64,000 bases of DNA from an uncultured Lentisphaeraceae bacterium (GCA_949289005.1 CASEMQ010000067.1:128365-192364), one strand, 5' to 3'; positions 48,067-58,356 are shown, counted from the stretch's first letter. The notes: a model not told the origin generated them from the sequence alone. A program made the numbers and translations.

Positions 48067-50237
48067 GGTTTAGCCTCCTGTTTGGGGGATTGCGTGGGTG
48101 ACTGCGCGGGGAGCAGTTCGTGATAGGCTTGATAGTGGCGCTTGACTGCGACACCTTGGACGGCGCGGCCGCTCTCGATAAGCAGGTCGGCGTAAGCAGG
48201 AATGAAGACATCCTTTTCGGCTTGGGTCTTGGCCTGCGCGGCGACCTGGCGGGCAATGGCGAGCCCTTCGTCCACGCGCCCCTCTTGTCGGGCGATGGCG
48301 GTGGCCAGCACCAAGCGGATGCGCGGGATGGCGTCGGGCCACGCATCGGCCTTGGCGGCCTCGCGAAGGGCGCGCATGGCGCAGGCTTCGGCCGTCTTGG
48401 GGTCTTTCTCGGCGAGGTGGAAGTCGGCCAACACGAAGAGGACGTTCGGATCCTCGGGTGCGAGGCTCTCGGCGAGGCGGAGGAAGGGCGCGGCGCGACC
48501 TGGCTTGCCGGTGGCGCGGGCAATCTCGGCGGCCTTGAAGACCGTACCGACGGCTGGCTTGGCGAGGGCGAAGGCCGAGGCGTAGGCGCGAAGGGCGTTT
48601 TCGTGGTCGGCGAGTTTTTCGAAGGCATCCGCGGAGGCGATTTCGCGGTCAGAAAGGCCTCGCAGGACGGGATCGTTGGGATTGATCTTGGAAGCCTCGA
48701 TGTATTTGCCTTGAAGGATGAGGCGGCGCGCTTGGCGAAGGGTGGCAATGACATCTTGGAAGGCAGCCTCGGTCTCCTTGGGAAGCGCGACCCAGTCCAT
48801 CTTGGGGTCGTAGAGCGGGGCGAATTGGGCGACGAGGCGCTGTGCACCCTGGCCATCGAAGAGAAGGCGGCGGGCGGTGGTGGCGGAGCGCAGGGGGATG
48901 CGGGGCGCGATTGGCTCGGCGAGCGCAGATTCGAGGGTCTTGGCATCGGCGACCATACAACAGGGCAACAACGTGATGGGTGCGTCGATCATGGCGCGGA
49001 TAAGGACAGGCGCGACGTTGGCGCGATCCAACAGGGCGGTCATTTCGGCGAGATTGCCGGCGATTGGCTTGCGGGAGGCGACGACTTGCCAACGGTTGAG
49101 GCCGGTCATCCAAAGCTGCACATGCGGAAAATGCTTGAGAAGGATGCCGATGCGTGCCATCAACATGCGGGCATCGAGCGCCCGTGCGTCGAGGTCATAG
49201 ACCAAGACACCGCCCTCGTTGAGGTTTTCCAGCGCGGCGCTCAGGGCCGCCGAACCGAAGTAATCGCGCTCCCGGCCCACCCAGGCGGGGGGCAACTCCA
49301 CCCAGAGCGCATCGTAGAGCCCCTTGAGCTGACCGGCCTCGTAAGCGGGGAAAAGCGGCTTGCCAACGACAGGGCGCGCGGCGATACGCGCGTTGGGCGC
49401 GGGCTTGAGCAGCATGGGGATGAACTGCGAGGCGGCGAGCGCGGCCTCGTCAATGCCCGCGGCGCGCACGAGTCGCCCATCCAACAGGGTGACGCCCTCG
49501 GTGCCCTGGCCGGTGTAAATGCTGTCGCGCGCGGCGATGGGCGCGAAGGGATTGACGTCCTCGAGGGCAATCTCCAGTTTCTCGGTGGGCAGGTGGTTGG
49601 CGTAGGCGAAGACCGCGGCGGTGGCGACAAGCAGGAGCGCGGGGAGCGCGAGCGCGAGGCGCGACCACAGACGCGAAAAGGCGGCAAACACACCCAGCAC
49701 GGCGGTGACGAGCGCAACCAACGCGGCGCACTGCATCAGCGTGCCGATGGGCAACGCGCCCACGAAGATCCGCGCCATTATCATCCCCACGCACACGCCG
49801 ACGAAGACGGTGAGCCTTCCGCGCGGGGCGATGGCGTTGCCGCGCACCCAGAGCAGGGGGAAGAGAAAGGCGAGCGGCGCGAACCAGAGCGCGGCCTGCC
49901 CCCAGACGAAGGCGCGCCACGCCTCGTAGGTCAGGCCGATGCGCAGGGAGAGGAAGGTCCAGTCGTGCGCCATCCCGGCGAGGTTGCCTAGCGTGAAAGC
50001 ACCGATCGCGGCGGCAAGCGTCGCGAGAAGGGCCAAGACGCGCGGCCCCACAAAGCGTTCCCCCCAGCGGCGCGCGGCCCACCCGGCCGCACCGCCGAGC
50101 GCAAGCGCGGGCAAGACAATCGGCCACAGCGCAAACCCGCCCGACCACAGGGCATAGACGTGGTTGGCGGCAAAGAGCAGGAAGGCCCCGGCAAGGGCGT
50201 AGACGAAGAGCATGGAGAGCAGGAACTTGGAACGCAT
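48063..50237 (-). CDS. Membrane protein with a degenerate spermidine-synthase-like domain and C-terminal TPRs
   Basis: About 7 N-terminal TM; LLDG, IPMLLKP, YDALWVELPPAW, LNEGGVL and FPHVQLW...VVAS; TPR helices. Start MRSKF with AGGAG RBS. Confidence 0.65.
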   Translation of the reverse strand: MRSKFLLSMLFVYALAGAFLLFAANHVYALWSGGFALWPIVLPALALGGAAGWAARRWGERFVGPRVLALLATLAAAIGAFTLGNLAGMAHDWTFLSLRIGLTYEAWRAFVWGQAALWFAPLAFLFPLLWVRGNAIAPRGRLTVFVGVCVGMIMARIFVGALPIGTLMQCAALVALVTAVLGVFAAFSRLWSRLALALPALLLVATAAVFAYANHLPTEKLEIALEDVNPFAPIAARDSIYTGQGTEGVTLLDGRLVRAAGIDEAALAASQFIPMLLKPAPNARIAARPVVGKPLFPAYEAGQLKGLYDALWVELPPAWVGRERDYFGSAALSAALENLNEGGVLVYDLDARALDARMLMARIGILLKHFPHVQLWMTGLNRWQVVASRKPIAGNLAEMTALLDRANVAPVLIRAMIDAPITLLPCCMVADAKTLESALAEPIAPRIPLRSATTARRLLFDGQGAQRLVAQFAPLYDPKMDWVALPKETEAAFQDVIATLRQARRLILQGKYIEASKINPNDPVLRGLSDREIASADAFEKLADHENALRAYASAFALAKPAVGTVFKAAEIARATGKPGRAAPFLRLAESLAPEDPNVLFVLADFHLAEKDPKTAEACAMRALREAAKADAWPDAIPRIRLVLATAIARQEGRVDEGLAIARQVAAQAKTQAEKDVFIPAYADLLIESGRAVQGVAVKRHYQAYHELLPAQSPTQSPKQEAKP

Positions 50238-50251
50238 GGAATGGGGCTCCT

Positions 50252-53200
50252 TCAATCAAAATGGCGCCGGCGATTGCGCTTGGGGTCTGAGTAGATGTCA
50301 TCGCCGCGCAAATCGTAATTCACCGCGTTGCGACCCCAGAGCGTCTCAATAGCCGCGAGGCAATCGGGCGTTGGGTCGATGGCCCAGGTGGCGTCGGGCG
50401 AGAGAAGCGCCCGTCGGCCGCCGGGCAAATCGAGCATGAGGGTGACGGGATAGCCGCCCGGATGCGCTGCGAAGAGGTCACGCAAGCGCCCCAGTTTCTC
50501 CGCGGAAGGCTTGTCGTTGTCCACGCGGCAGAGGATACGCAGGCCCTTGGCGAAAAGCGCGGGAGCCTCGGCGAGGGGATGGATCTCGGCGGCAAAGATG
50601 ACAGGGTCGCGGCCTTCCTCAAACTTGGCCTCGCCGCAGATGAGCACAGGCGCGTCCTGCACGAGCGCCTCTTTGTTGCGTTCGTAGGTGTCATTGAAGG
50701 CCAACACCTTGACCGAGCCCGTGCCGTCCTCCACCGTCAGATCCGCCCAAGGGCGCTTCGTGGTTTTGGAGAGTGCCACGCGCACGTTCGAAAGCAACCC
50801 CGCCACGCGCACGGCATCGCGATTGTGCTTGACGCGCGGGAAGGCCTCGGCCGAGACGGTGCGGAAGGAGCGCACGAGCGTGCGATAGCGGTCGACGGGG
50901 TGCCCGGTGAGGTAGACGCCCAGCAGGTCGCGCTCGTCCTGGAGGCGCTCCTTCTCGGGACGATCGGGCGCATCGGGCAGATCCTCGCCGAGACCGCCAC
51001 CGGCGTCCTCGCCGCCCATCAGGTCGAAGAGCGAGCCCTGGCCGGAGGCTCCGTCGCGGTCGGCCTCGGCCACGCGCGAGAAGGCGAAGTCGATGCCCGC
51101 CAGGAGCCGCCCCTGCGTCATACCCTCGAAGCACGCCATCGCGCCGCTGCGGATGAGCGCTTCGACGGCGCGCTTGGTGACCAGGAGTTTGCCATCGTTC
51201 GCGGCCTTGGCCTCGGCGCCGCACAACCGCTTGCAGAAGTCCACCAACCCCTTGTAAGGGCCGTTCTTCTCGCGCTCGGCCACGATCTGGTCGCCCGCGG
51301 CCTCGCCGACGTTGCGGATGGCGCCGAGGCCGAATCGCACGGCGTCCTTGCCGGCGGGCGCGAAGTGGCACCGCGAGGCATTGACGTCCGGCGGCAACAC
51401 GCGCAACCCCATGTCCGCCGCCGCGGCGACGAGCGCCGGCATCTTGTCGAAGTTGCCGATTTCCGAGGAAATCTGCGCGCACATGAAGTCCGCTGGATAG
51501 TGTGCCTTGAGGTAGCCCGTCTGGTAGGCGATGTAGGCGTAGCAGACAGAGTGGGACTTGTTGAAAGCATAGGAGGCGAAGGCCGTCCAGTCGCCCCAGA
51601 TTTTCTCGGCGCGTTTGCGGGCGTCTTCCTCGCCTTGGCAGGCCTCCATGTAGGCGGGATTTTTGAGACAGCCATCGAGGAATTTGACGCGGAGTTTCTC
51701 CATCGTCTCCAGCTGCTTTTTGCCCATGGCCTTGCGGAGCGTGTCGGATTCGCCGCGCGTGAAGCCAGCCAGAAGGCGCGAGAGCAACATCACTTGCTCC
51801 TGGTAGACCGTCACGCCGTAGGTATCCTTGAGATACTGCTCCATGAGCGGATGGTCGTAGGCGACCTTTTCCTCGCCGTGTTTGCGGCGGATAAAGGAGG
51901 GGATGTAATCCATCGGGCCCGGGCGATAGAGGGCGTTCATGGCCACAAGATCCTCGAAGCGGTTGGGGCGCAGGGAACGCAGGTGCGCCTTCATGCCATC
52001 GGATTCAAACTGGAAGAGTCCGTCCGTCTCGCCGCGGGAAAAGAGCGCGAAGGTTTCCTTGTCATCGATGGGGATGGCGTCCATGTCCACGTCGAGCCCA
52101 TGCGACTCCTTGATGGATTCCAGGCAGGCCTTGAGCACCGAGAGCGTCTTCAGTCCCAGGAAGTCCATCTTGAGCAGGCCGATCGGTTCCACGAAGTGCC
52201 CGTCGTACTGCGTGGTCATCAGGCTTTCGCCCGCCGTGGGCATGATGGGGATGGTCTCCATCAAGGGGTCGCGGCTGATGATGATGCCGCAAGCGTGCAC
52301 GCCGATGTTGCGTGTGGTGCCCTCCAGACGGATGGCCAGCTCCAGGATGCGCCGTTGCATCGGGTCGTCGCCGTCGAGCACCTCCGCCAGTTTGGGATTG
52401 CCCTTGAGCGCCTTGGCGAAGGTGATTTTCGGTGCGTCCGGCACCAACGCCGCCAACGCGTTTGCGTCCGCGAGCGGATAGTCCAACACGCGGCAAACGT
52501 CCTTGATCGCGCTCTTGGGCGCCATGATGCCAAACGTGGCAATGTGCCCCACGTGGTCGGCGCCATACTTCTGCGTCACCCACTCCAGCACGCGCCCACG
52601 CCCCAGATCGTCGAAGTCCACGTCGATATCCGGCATGGAAATGCGATCCGGGTTCAGGAAACGCTCGAACAGCAGATCGTAGCGGATGGGGTCGATGTCC
52701 GTGATCTTCAGGCAATAGGCCACCGCGCTGCCCGCCGCGCTGCCACGCCCAGGCCCCACGAGCACGCCCATCCCGCGCGCGGCCGCGATGTAATCCTGCA
52801 CAATCAGAAAGTACCCCGGGAAACCCATCTGCTTGATGGTGTTCAGCTCAAAGGCGATGCGCTCCTTGATTTCCGGCGTCAGCGTCTCCCCCGGCCAACG
52901 CTTTGCCGCGCCCTCCCATGTCAAGTGCGCCAGATAGTCGCTCTCCAACTTGATGCGCAACACCTTGTCGTAACCATCGAACTTGTCGTAGCGCTCGAAC
53001 TCCTCGCGCAACGCCGCCTCCGGGAAACACGCCGCGTAATCCGCCTCCGTGCCGAAGGCCTCCGGAATCGGGAACTTCGGCATGATCGGGTCGGAGTTCA
53101 GCCCATATTCCTCCACCTTGTCGGCCACGGCCACGGTATTGTGAATGGCCTCGCGGCAACTCTCCGGCAATGCCGCGCACATTTCCTCATAGCTCTTCAG

Positions 53201-53995
53201 CCACTCCTGCTGCGTGTAGCGCAGCCGCTTCTCGTCCGTCAGCTTCTTCCCTGTGCTCACGCAGAGCAACACATCGTGCGCCTCGCCATCCTCCCTGTTC
53301 AGGAAGTGGACGTCGTTCGTGGCGATGACCGGAATGCCCAGGCGCTTCCCCAACTCCAATGTCCCGCGGATTACCGCCATTTGCCGATCGTACAGCTCCT
53401 TGCGCTCCTCCTCGCCGAAACCCCGCACTTCCGACTTGTGCAGCATCACCTCCAGATAGTAATCTTCGCCAAAGAGCGCCCGATACCACTGCGCCTCCGC
53501 CGCGGCCTCCTCCATTCGCCCTTCCGCCAACAACTGCGGCACAATCCCCGCCACGCACGCCGACGAGCAAATCAACCCCTCGTGATACCGCTCCAGCAAC
53601 TCCCGGTCGATCCTCGGCCGCCCGTAAAACCCCTCGATGTGCGCCAACGAGATCAGCCGCAACAGATTGTGATACCCCGTCAGATTCTTCGCCAGCAAAA
53701 TCAAATGGTTGCCGCTGCGCTCCGTGCGGTCATGCCGCCCCAAACGCGCCACATACGCCTCGCACCCCAAAATCGGCTTGATCCCCTCCTTGCGGCACGC
53801 ATCGTAAAACGCCTTCAACCCATACAGACACCCATGGTCCGTGATCGCGCACGCCCCCATCCCCAGCGCCTTCGCACGCTTCACCAATGCCGGCACCTGA
53901 CACGCACCATCCAACAACGAATAGCTCGTGTGAACATGCAAATGCACAAAAGGCGACTTCCCCGCCTCGGCACCCTCTTCCTTCGTCTCGCTCAT
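50252..53995 (-). CDS. dnaE: DNA polymerase III alpha subunit
   Basis: FVHLHVHTSYSLLDG, GPGRGSAAGS, RISMPDIDVDF, KMDFLGL and YAFNKSH. Confidence 0.97.
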   Translation of the reverse strand: MSETKEEGAEAGKSPFVHLHVHTSYSLLDGACQVPALVKRAKALGMGACAITDHGCLYGLKAFYDACRKEGIKPILGCEAYVARLGRHDRTERSGNHLILLAKNLTGYHNLLRLISLAHIEGFYGRPRIDRELLERYHEGLICSSACVAGIVPQLLAEGRMEEAAAEAQWYRALFGEDYYLEVMLHKSEVRGFGEEERKELYDRQMAVIRGTLELGKRLGIPVIATNDVHFLNREDGEAHDVLLCVSTGKKLTDEKRLRYTQQEWLKSYEEMCAALPESCREAIHNTVAVADKVEEYGLNSDPIMPKFPIPEAFGTEADYAACFPEAALREEFERYDKFDGYDKVLRIKLESDYLAHLTWEGAAKRWPGETLTPEIKERIAFELNTIKQMGFPGYFLIVQDYIAAARGMGVLVGPGRGSAAGSAVAYCLKITDIDPIRYDLLFERFLNPDRISMPDIDVDFDDLGRGRVLEWVTQKYGADHVGHIATFGIMAPKSAIKDVCRVLDYPLADANALAALVPDAPKITFAKALKGNPKLAEVLDGDDPMQRRILELAIRLEGTTRNIGVHACGIIISRDPLMETIPIMPTAGESLMTTQYDGHFVEPIGLLKMDFLGLKTLSVLKACLESIKESHGLDVDMDAIPIDDKETFALFSRGETDGLFQFESDGMKAHLRSLRPNRFEDLVAMNALYRPGPMDYIPSFIRRKHGEEKVAYDHPLMEQYLKDTYGVTVYQEQVMLLSRLLAGFTRGESDTLRKAMGKKQLETMEKLRVKFLDGCLKNPAYMEACQGEEDARKRAEKIWGDWTAFASYAFNKSHSVCYAYIAYQTGYLKAHYPADFMCAQISSEIGNFDKMPALVAAAADMGLRVLPPDVNASRCHFAPAGKDAVRFGLGAIRNVGEAAGDQIVAEREKNGPYKGLVDFCKRLCGAEAKAANDGKLLVTKRAVEALIRSGAMACFEGMTQGRLLAGIDFAFSRVAEADRDGASGQGSLFDLMGGEDAGGGLGEDLPDAPDRPEKERLQDERDLLGVYLTGHPVDRYRTLVRSFRTVSAEAFPRVKHNRDAVRVAGLLSNVRVALSKTTKRPWADLTVEDGTGSVKVLAFNDTYERNKEALVQDAPVLICGEAKFEEGRDPVIFAAEIHPLAEAPALFAKGLRILCRVDNDKPSAEKLGRLRDLFAAHPGGYPVTLMLDLPGGRRALLSPDATWAIDPTPDCLAAIETLWGRNAVNYDLRGDDIYSDPKRNRRRHFD

Positions 53996-54002
53996 GCCCC
54001 GC

Positions 54003-54011
54003 ATTATAACA
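54003..54011 (-). promoter_or_regulatory. Extended -10 (TGtTATAAT) of dnaE, leaderless
   Basis: Consensus -10, 7 nt before ATG 53995; no SD. Confidence 0.65.
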
Positions 54012-54057
54012 AATGTGCTCCGGCACGGCGCCCGCCGCGATCGGCAACCCCTCGCGG

Positions 54058-54792
54058 TCACCAAGCGCGACGAACGGAACGAAAGGTACGCCCCAGCACC
54101 TCCAATGCGTCGGCGCGAAGCGCCTGGTTGGGCAGGCGGAGCGCGCGTCGGTCGGCCTCGGTGAGCGCGTCTTCGCGAAAACGCAGGAAGATTTCCGGGT
54201 CTGGGCCGTAGACCTTGTCGCCCACCACGGGAAAGCCAAGCGAATGGAGGCTGGCGCGGATTTGATGCGTGCGCCCGGTCACCAACTCGGCTTGCAGCAG
54301 CGAGGTGCCCGCCCACGGCCCCTCGCCCAAGCGCTCGAACCATGTCGCCGCGCCCCGATCCGGCGCGAGCGGCGGCAAGTCGGGCGTGAGCGCGGCCTCC
54401 TCCAGGCGGCGCATGGAATAGACCGGCGGCGCGTTGACCCGGCAGACCCGCCCCGACGCGCAAAGCCGTCCCTCCGGGAACCGCCCCTCCACCACCACCA
54501 GATAACGCTTGCGTTTGGGTGCCTTGGCCAAACGCGCCGCCATCCGCGGATCCTTCGCCACCAACACCACCCCGCACGTCTCCCGATCCAGTCGCGAAAT
54601 CAGATGGATCGTGTTCCCCGGGCGATAGAGGCGGAGCAAGCGATCGAGCGTATGCAGGCGATAACTCCCGCTGGCGTGGACCGGCAAATCGGCCGGCTTG
54701 TCCACCACCAACATCCGCGCATCCTCGTAAAGCCAGCGGATGTCCGTATTGACGGGCGGGTCAAGGCGCACGCAACGCCTCGCTTGGGTCAA
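54058..54792 (-). CDS. RluA-family pseudouridine synthase
   Basis: VVDKPADLPVH, SRLDRETCG, TGRTHQIR and PVVGDKVYG; start uncertain. Confidence 0.9.
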   Translation of the reverse strand: MTQARRCVRLDPPVNTDIRWLYEDARMLVVDKPADLPVHASGSYRLHTLDRLLRLYRPGNTIHLISRLDRETCGVVLVAKDPRMAARLAKAPKRKRYLVVVEGRFPEGRLCASGRVCRVNAPPVYSMRRLEEAALTPDLPPLAPDRGAATWFERLGEGPWAGTSLLQAELVTGRTHQIRASLHSLGFPVVGDKVYGPDPEIFLRFREDALTEADRRALRLPNQALRADALEVLGRTFRSVRRAW

Positions 54793-56092
54793 TCGCCCCC
54801 AACCCCTCGCGCAATGCCAGCACCTCGCCGACCAAGAAGAGCGAACCGCAAATCAGCACCGTGCCCTGATTGTCCTCCGCCCAAGCCGTCGCCGCCTCCA
54901 CCCCCTCCTCCACCGAAGGCATCGCGATGGCCGCCGCGATGCCCGCCGCGGCCAATTCCGCCGCCAACGCCTCCGGCGCCAGACCACGCGGGTTGGTCAA
55001 CGGCACCGCCCACGCCGCCGAGACCAAAGGCGCGATTTCGCGCAGCGCCTCCCCCACCGCCTTGTCCGCGCAAAACCCACACACCAGCGCCACCCGGCGG
55101 CGAATGTGCATCGACTTCAACGCCTCGCGGAGCGCCCGCAACGCGTCCGGGTTGTGCCCACCATCCAGGAAGGTCGGCGGCGACTCCGAAATCAGCTGGC
55201 ACCGCCCCGGCCACGACACCGTGCGCAACGCCTCCGCGAACGCCTTCGGCGGCACCGGCAGCCCCTGCTCCCCCAGCCGCTCCAACGCGCACAGCGCCGT
55301 CGCCGCGTTCTCCACCTGATACGTCCCCGCCAGCCGCGTCAGCGCCGCCGGGTAAGCCCCCAACGGACTCTCGCACCGCAGCGTCTGCCCATGGATTGTC
55401 CGCCGGCTCACCGCCACGCGGATCTCCTCCGCCGCGTCATGGAACGGCGCCCCCAGCTCCGCCGCCCGCGCCGCGATTGTCGCCCGCGCCCGTGCGTCCA
55501 TCGCCCCCACCACCACCGGCCGCCCCGCCTTCACGATGCCCGCCTTCTCCCCCGCGATTGCCTCCAACGTCTCCCCCAAAACCGCGCAATGATCCAGCGC
55601 CACATGCGTGATTACCGAGGCCAACGGCGCCTCGATCACGTTCGTTGCGTCCCAACGCCCCCCCATCCCCACCTCCAGTACCGCCAGGCGCACCCCCGCC
55701 CGGCGGAACAACACAAACGCGCACGCCGTCAACGCCTCGAAAAAGGTCGGCTCCAGCCCCTCCCGCGCGCACGCCGCCTCCACCTCGTCCAACGCCCCCG
55801 CCAGCTCCGTGTCCGTCGCCTCCCGCCCATCCAACACAAATCGCTCGTTCACCCGCACCAAATGCGGCGACGTGTACCGCCCCACGCGCAACCCCATCGT
55901 CCGCAACGCCGCCTCGCAAATCGCCGTCACGCTCCCCTTGCCGTTCGTTCCCGCCACATGGATTGCCGCCAGCTCACGCTCCGGGTTCCCCAACGCCGCG
56001 CACAACGCGCGCATCGTCCCCAACCCCGGCCGTACCCCAAAACGCCGCCGCGCCGCCAAACGCCCCAGAAAATCCCGCATCGCGCCCTCCAT
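54761..56092 (-). CDS. folC: Folylpolyglutamate synthase/dihydrofolate synthase
   Basis: HVAGTNGKGS, YTSPHL, EVGMGGRWDATN, EKAGI, WPGR, DGGHNP and GSLFLVG. Confidence 0.95.
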   Translation of the reverse strand: MEGAMRDFLGRLAARRRFGVRPGLGTMRALCAALGNPERELAAIHVAGTNGKGSVTAICEAALRTMGLRVGRYTSPHLVRVNERFVLDGREATDTELAGALDEVEAACAREGLEPTFFEALTACAFVLFRRAGVRLAVLEVGMGGRWDATNVIEAPLASVITHVALDHCAVLGETLEAIAGEKAGIVKAGRPVVVGAMDARARATIAARAAELGAPFHDAAEEIRVAVSRRTIHGQTLRCESPLGAYPAALTRLAGTYQVENAATALCALERLGEQGLPVPPKAFAEALRTVSWPGRCQLISESPPTFLDGGHNPDALRALREALKSMHIRRRVALVCGFCADKAVGEALREIAPLVSAAWAVPLTNPRGLAPEALAAELAAAGIAAAIAMPSVEEGVEAATAWAEDNQGTVLICGSLFLVGEVLALREGLGAIDPSEALRAP

Positions 56093-56169
56093 TTTCCATC
56101 AAACGACAAAGGCACACCCGCCGCGCGGATGTGCCCCCGTCTGTCCGCACGCCAAAACGGCGCACAAAC

Positions 56170-56373
56170 TCACTTCGCGAACGTCGCGCGGGTCTTCTCA
56201 GGCGTGCGCAGATAATCGCGCACCTGGACCGCGTTCAGCTTCGAAACCACCGCGGGCTCCATGCCCAACGCCACCAAGCGCTTACGCTGAACCATGTCGC
56301 GACGGCGACGCTCGCCCGCCGCCTTCACCGGCCGGGTCGCGGGCTTCTTATTGAGGGTACGACCTGTTCCCAT
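56170..56373 (-). CDS. Small basic hypothetical protein (67 aa)
   Basis: GGAGG RBS; MGTGRTLNKKPATRPVKAAGERRRRDMVQRKRLVALGMEPAVVSKLNAVQVRDYLRTPEKTRATFAK. Confidence 0.75.
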   Translation of the reverse strand: MGTGRTLNKKPATRPVKAAGERRRRDMVQRKRLVALGMEPAVVSKLNAVQVRDYLRTPEKTRATFAK

Positions 56374-56767
56374 TGCAAACCTCCGAAACGCTTTGTTCAA
56401 GGAATACGAAATGCCCATTACCATACCACACCCGCCCCTGCCCTGTCAATACTGCCCGGGGCCCTTGGCGTGCTTTGGAGCGTGTCCTTAAAAGAAAACC
56501 TAAGGCGGGGAGGACGTGGCCTGGCCGGTTGTGCGCCCGGCCGCCTGCGCATCGTCGGTGTCTTTGTGGCCCGAAGCATGTGCCATTTCCGCGGACGCTG
56601 TTGGACGCCATTGGGCTTTCCGTTCTCTGTCCGCGTGTTTGCCGTACAGGGCGAACCGAACGCACATAGCCCCTCCGCCGCCCCGCAGGGGCGCCCTGTT
56701 CACTGTCCTCTGCTCACTCATTTGCTATAATGCGCCCCGTCCGACACCCAAAACCGAAGGAGAAACC

Positions 56768-58285
56768 ATGGGACTTCACGATGCGCTGCTCGACGCCTGG
56801 GCCGACTTCAATGCCAACAAAATCACGCCGCTCCAGCTCAAGTCCGTCTCCTCCGGCTTCGGCATCTACCAGCAGAAGGACAATGCGGTGATGATGCGCA
56901 TCCGCCGTACCGGCGGCATCGTCGCGCTCGACGACTTGGAGACCATCGCCGGACTCCTTGCCAAGTATGCCATCCCTTACGCCCACATCACCACCCGCCA
57001 AGCCATCCAGCTCCACGGCGTGCGCCCCGACCAAGTGTCCGCCTGCCTGGCCGACTGCGAGGCCGCCGGCCTACACTTCCGCGGCGGCGGCGGCAACACC
57101 TTCCGCAACGTCCTCGTCAATGCCAACAGCGGCCTTCACCTCGACACCGTCTTCGACGTCTTCCCCTACGCCCGCGCCCTTGCCGACGCCTTCTATTCCT
57201 TCGACGCCGCCTACGCCCTTCCCCGCAAAATCAAGATCGCCTTCGCCGACAGACCGGCCGACCGCCTTCTCTGCGCCATCCAGGATCTCGGCTTCGTTGC
57301 CGTGCGCAAGGAAGGCCGCCCCTGCTTCGAAGTCTGGCTCGGCGGCGGAATCGGCAACAAGCCCCGCGTCGGCTTTCGCCTCTACGACGCCCTCCCGGCC
57401 GAGGAATGCATCCGCCTGGCCATGGCCGTGACCGACCTCTTCAACGAGCATGGCGACCGTGCCCACCGCGCCACCGCACGCCTCCGCTTCCTCCGCGACA
57501 CCCTCGGCGACGACGGCCTCGCCAATCTCGCCCGCGACTACTATGCGCGCCCCGTCACCCAAACCCGCCCCCGCTGCCCCGAAAGCGCCCTCGCGCCCGA
57601 GCGCTACCCCCTCACCGCCCTCCCCGACAATGTTTCCCCCCGCCCCGGCTTCGACGACTGGCAGGCCGTCGCCACCGAACCTCTTGCCGACGGCACCCAC
57701 GCCGTCCGCCTCTTTGTCCCCTTCGGCAACCTCCCCCACCCCATCCTCGTCCGCCTCAACGCGCTCCTCCGCCGCTTCGGCCTCACCCGCCTCCAGCTCC
57801 ACCAGGCCCAAGACCTCCTCATCCCCCGCATCCACACCGCCTGCCTCCCGGCCCTCCACGCCGCCATCGAGGAGACCTTCCCGGACTTCGACCTCACCCT
57901 CCGCTCCTACGTCGGCCACATCCCCACCTGCATCGGCAACACCGTCTGCAAAATCGGCGCCGCAGACTCCCCCCGCATCGGCGAACGCCTCGCCCACGCC
58001 CTTGACGCCTACCTCCCCGCCAACACCCCCCAACGCCAAGCCCTCGCCCGCCTCCTCACCACCGAGGTCCGCATCAGCGGCTGTCCCAACAGCTGCACCG
58101 CCCACCCCGCCGCCAAGTTCGGCTTCCAATGCCGCAAACTCGGCGGCCAAGACGTCCTCGTCCCCTTCTCCCCCGCCACCGCCGAGCCCCCCACCCTCGG
58201 GCAACCCCAGGCCACCCCCATCACCATCGCCGAGCTCCCCCTTTACCTCCTCGCCAACCTCGGCCTCACGCCAAGCGGGCGCTAA
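56768..58285 (+). CDS. Nitrite/sulfite reductase-family hemoprotein (siroheme/4Fe-4S)
   Basis: MMRIR..GG, HITTRQAIQ, LPRKIKI, CIGNTVCKIG and ISGCPNSC; AAGGAG RBS, TGcTATAAT upstream. Confidence 0.85.
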   Translation: MGLHDALLDAWADFNANKITPLQLKSVSSGFGIYQQKDNAVMMRIRRTGGIVALDDLETIAGLLAKYAIPYAHITTRQAIQLHGVRPDQVSACLADCEAAGLHFRGGGGNTFRNVLVNANSGLHLDTVFDVFPYARALADAFYSFDAAYALPRKIKIAFADRPADRLLCAIQDLGFVAVRKEGRPCFEVWLGGGIGNKPRVGFRLYDALPAEECIRLAMAVTDLFNEHGDRAHRATARLRFLRDTLGDDGLANLARDYYARPVTQTRPRCPESALAPERYPLTALPDNVSPRPGFDDWQAVATEPLADGTHAVRLFVPFGNLPHPILVRLNALLRRFGLTRLQLHQAQDLLIPRIHTACLPALHAAIEETFPDFDLTLRSYVGHIPTCIGNTVCKIGAADSPRIGERLAHALDAYLPANTPQRQALARLLTTEVRISGCPNSCTAHPAAKFGFQCRKLGGQDVLVPFSPATAEPPTLGQPQATPITIAELPLYLLANLGLTPSGR

Positions 58286-58332
58286 GCCCCCACCCGGGCG
58301 ACCGTGCACCCGCCCGGCACACGTTCACCCCG

Positions 58333-58356
58333 GCGCGCCACCCGGCGCGCTTTTTT
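58333..58356 (+). terminator. Intrinsic terminator after the reductase
   Basis: GCGCGCC-accc-GGCGCGC-TTTTTT. Confidence 0.7.

Noticed and set aside
50252..53995. Intein in dnaE or dnaB
   Set aside because: Lengths (1247 and 501 aa) are near normal; inserts are short, with no C...HN splice motifs.
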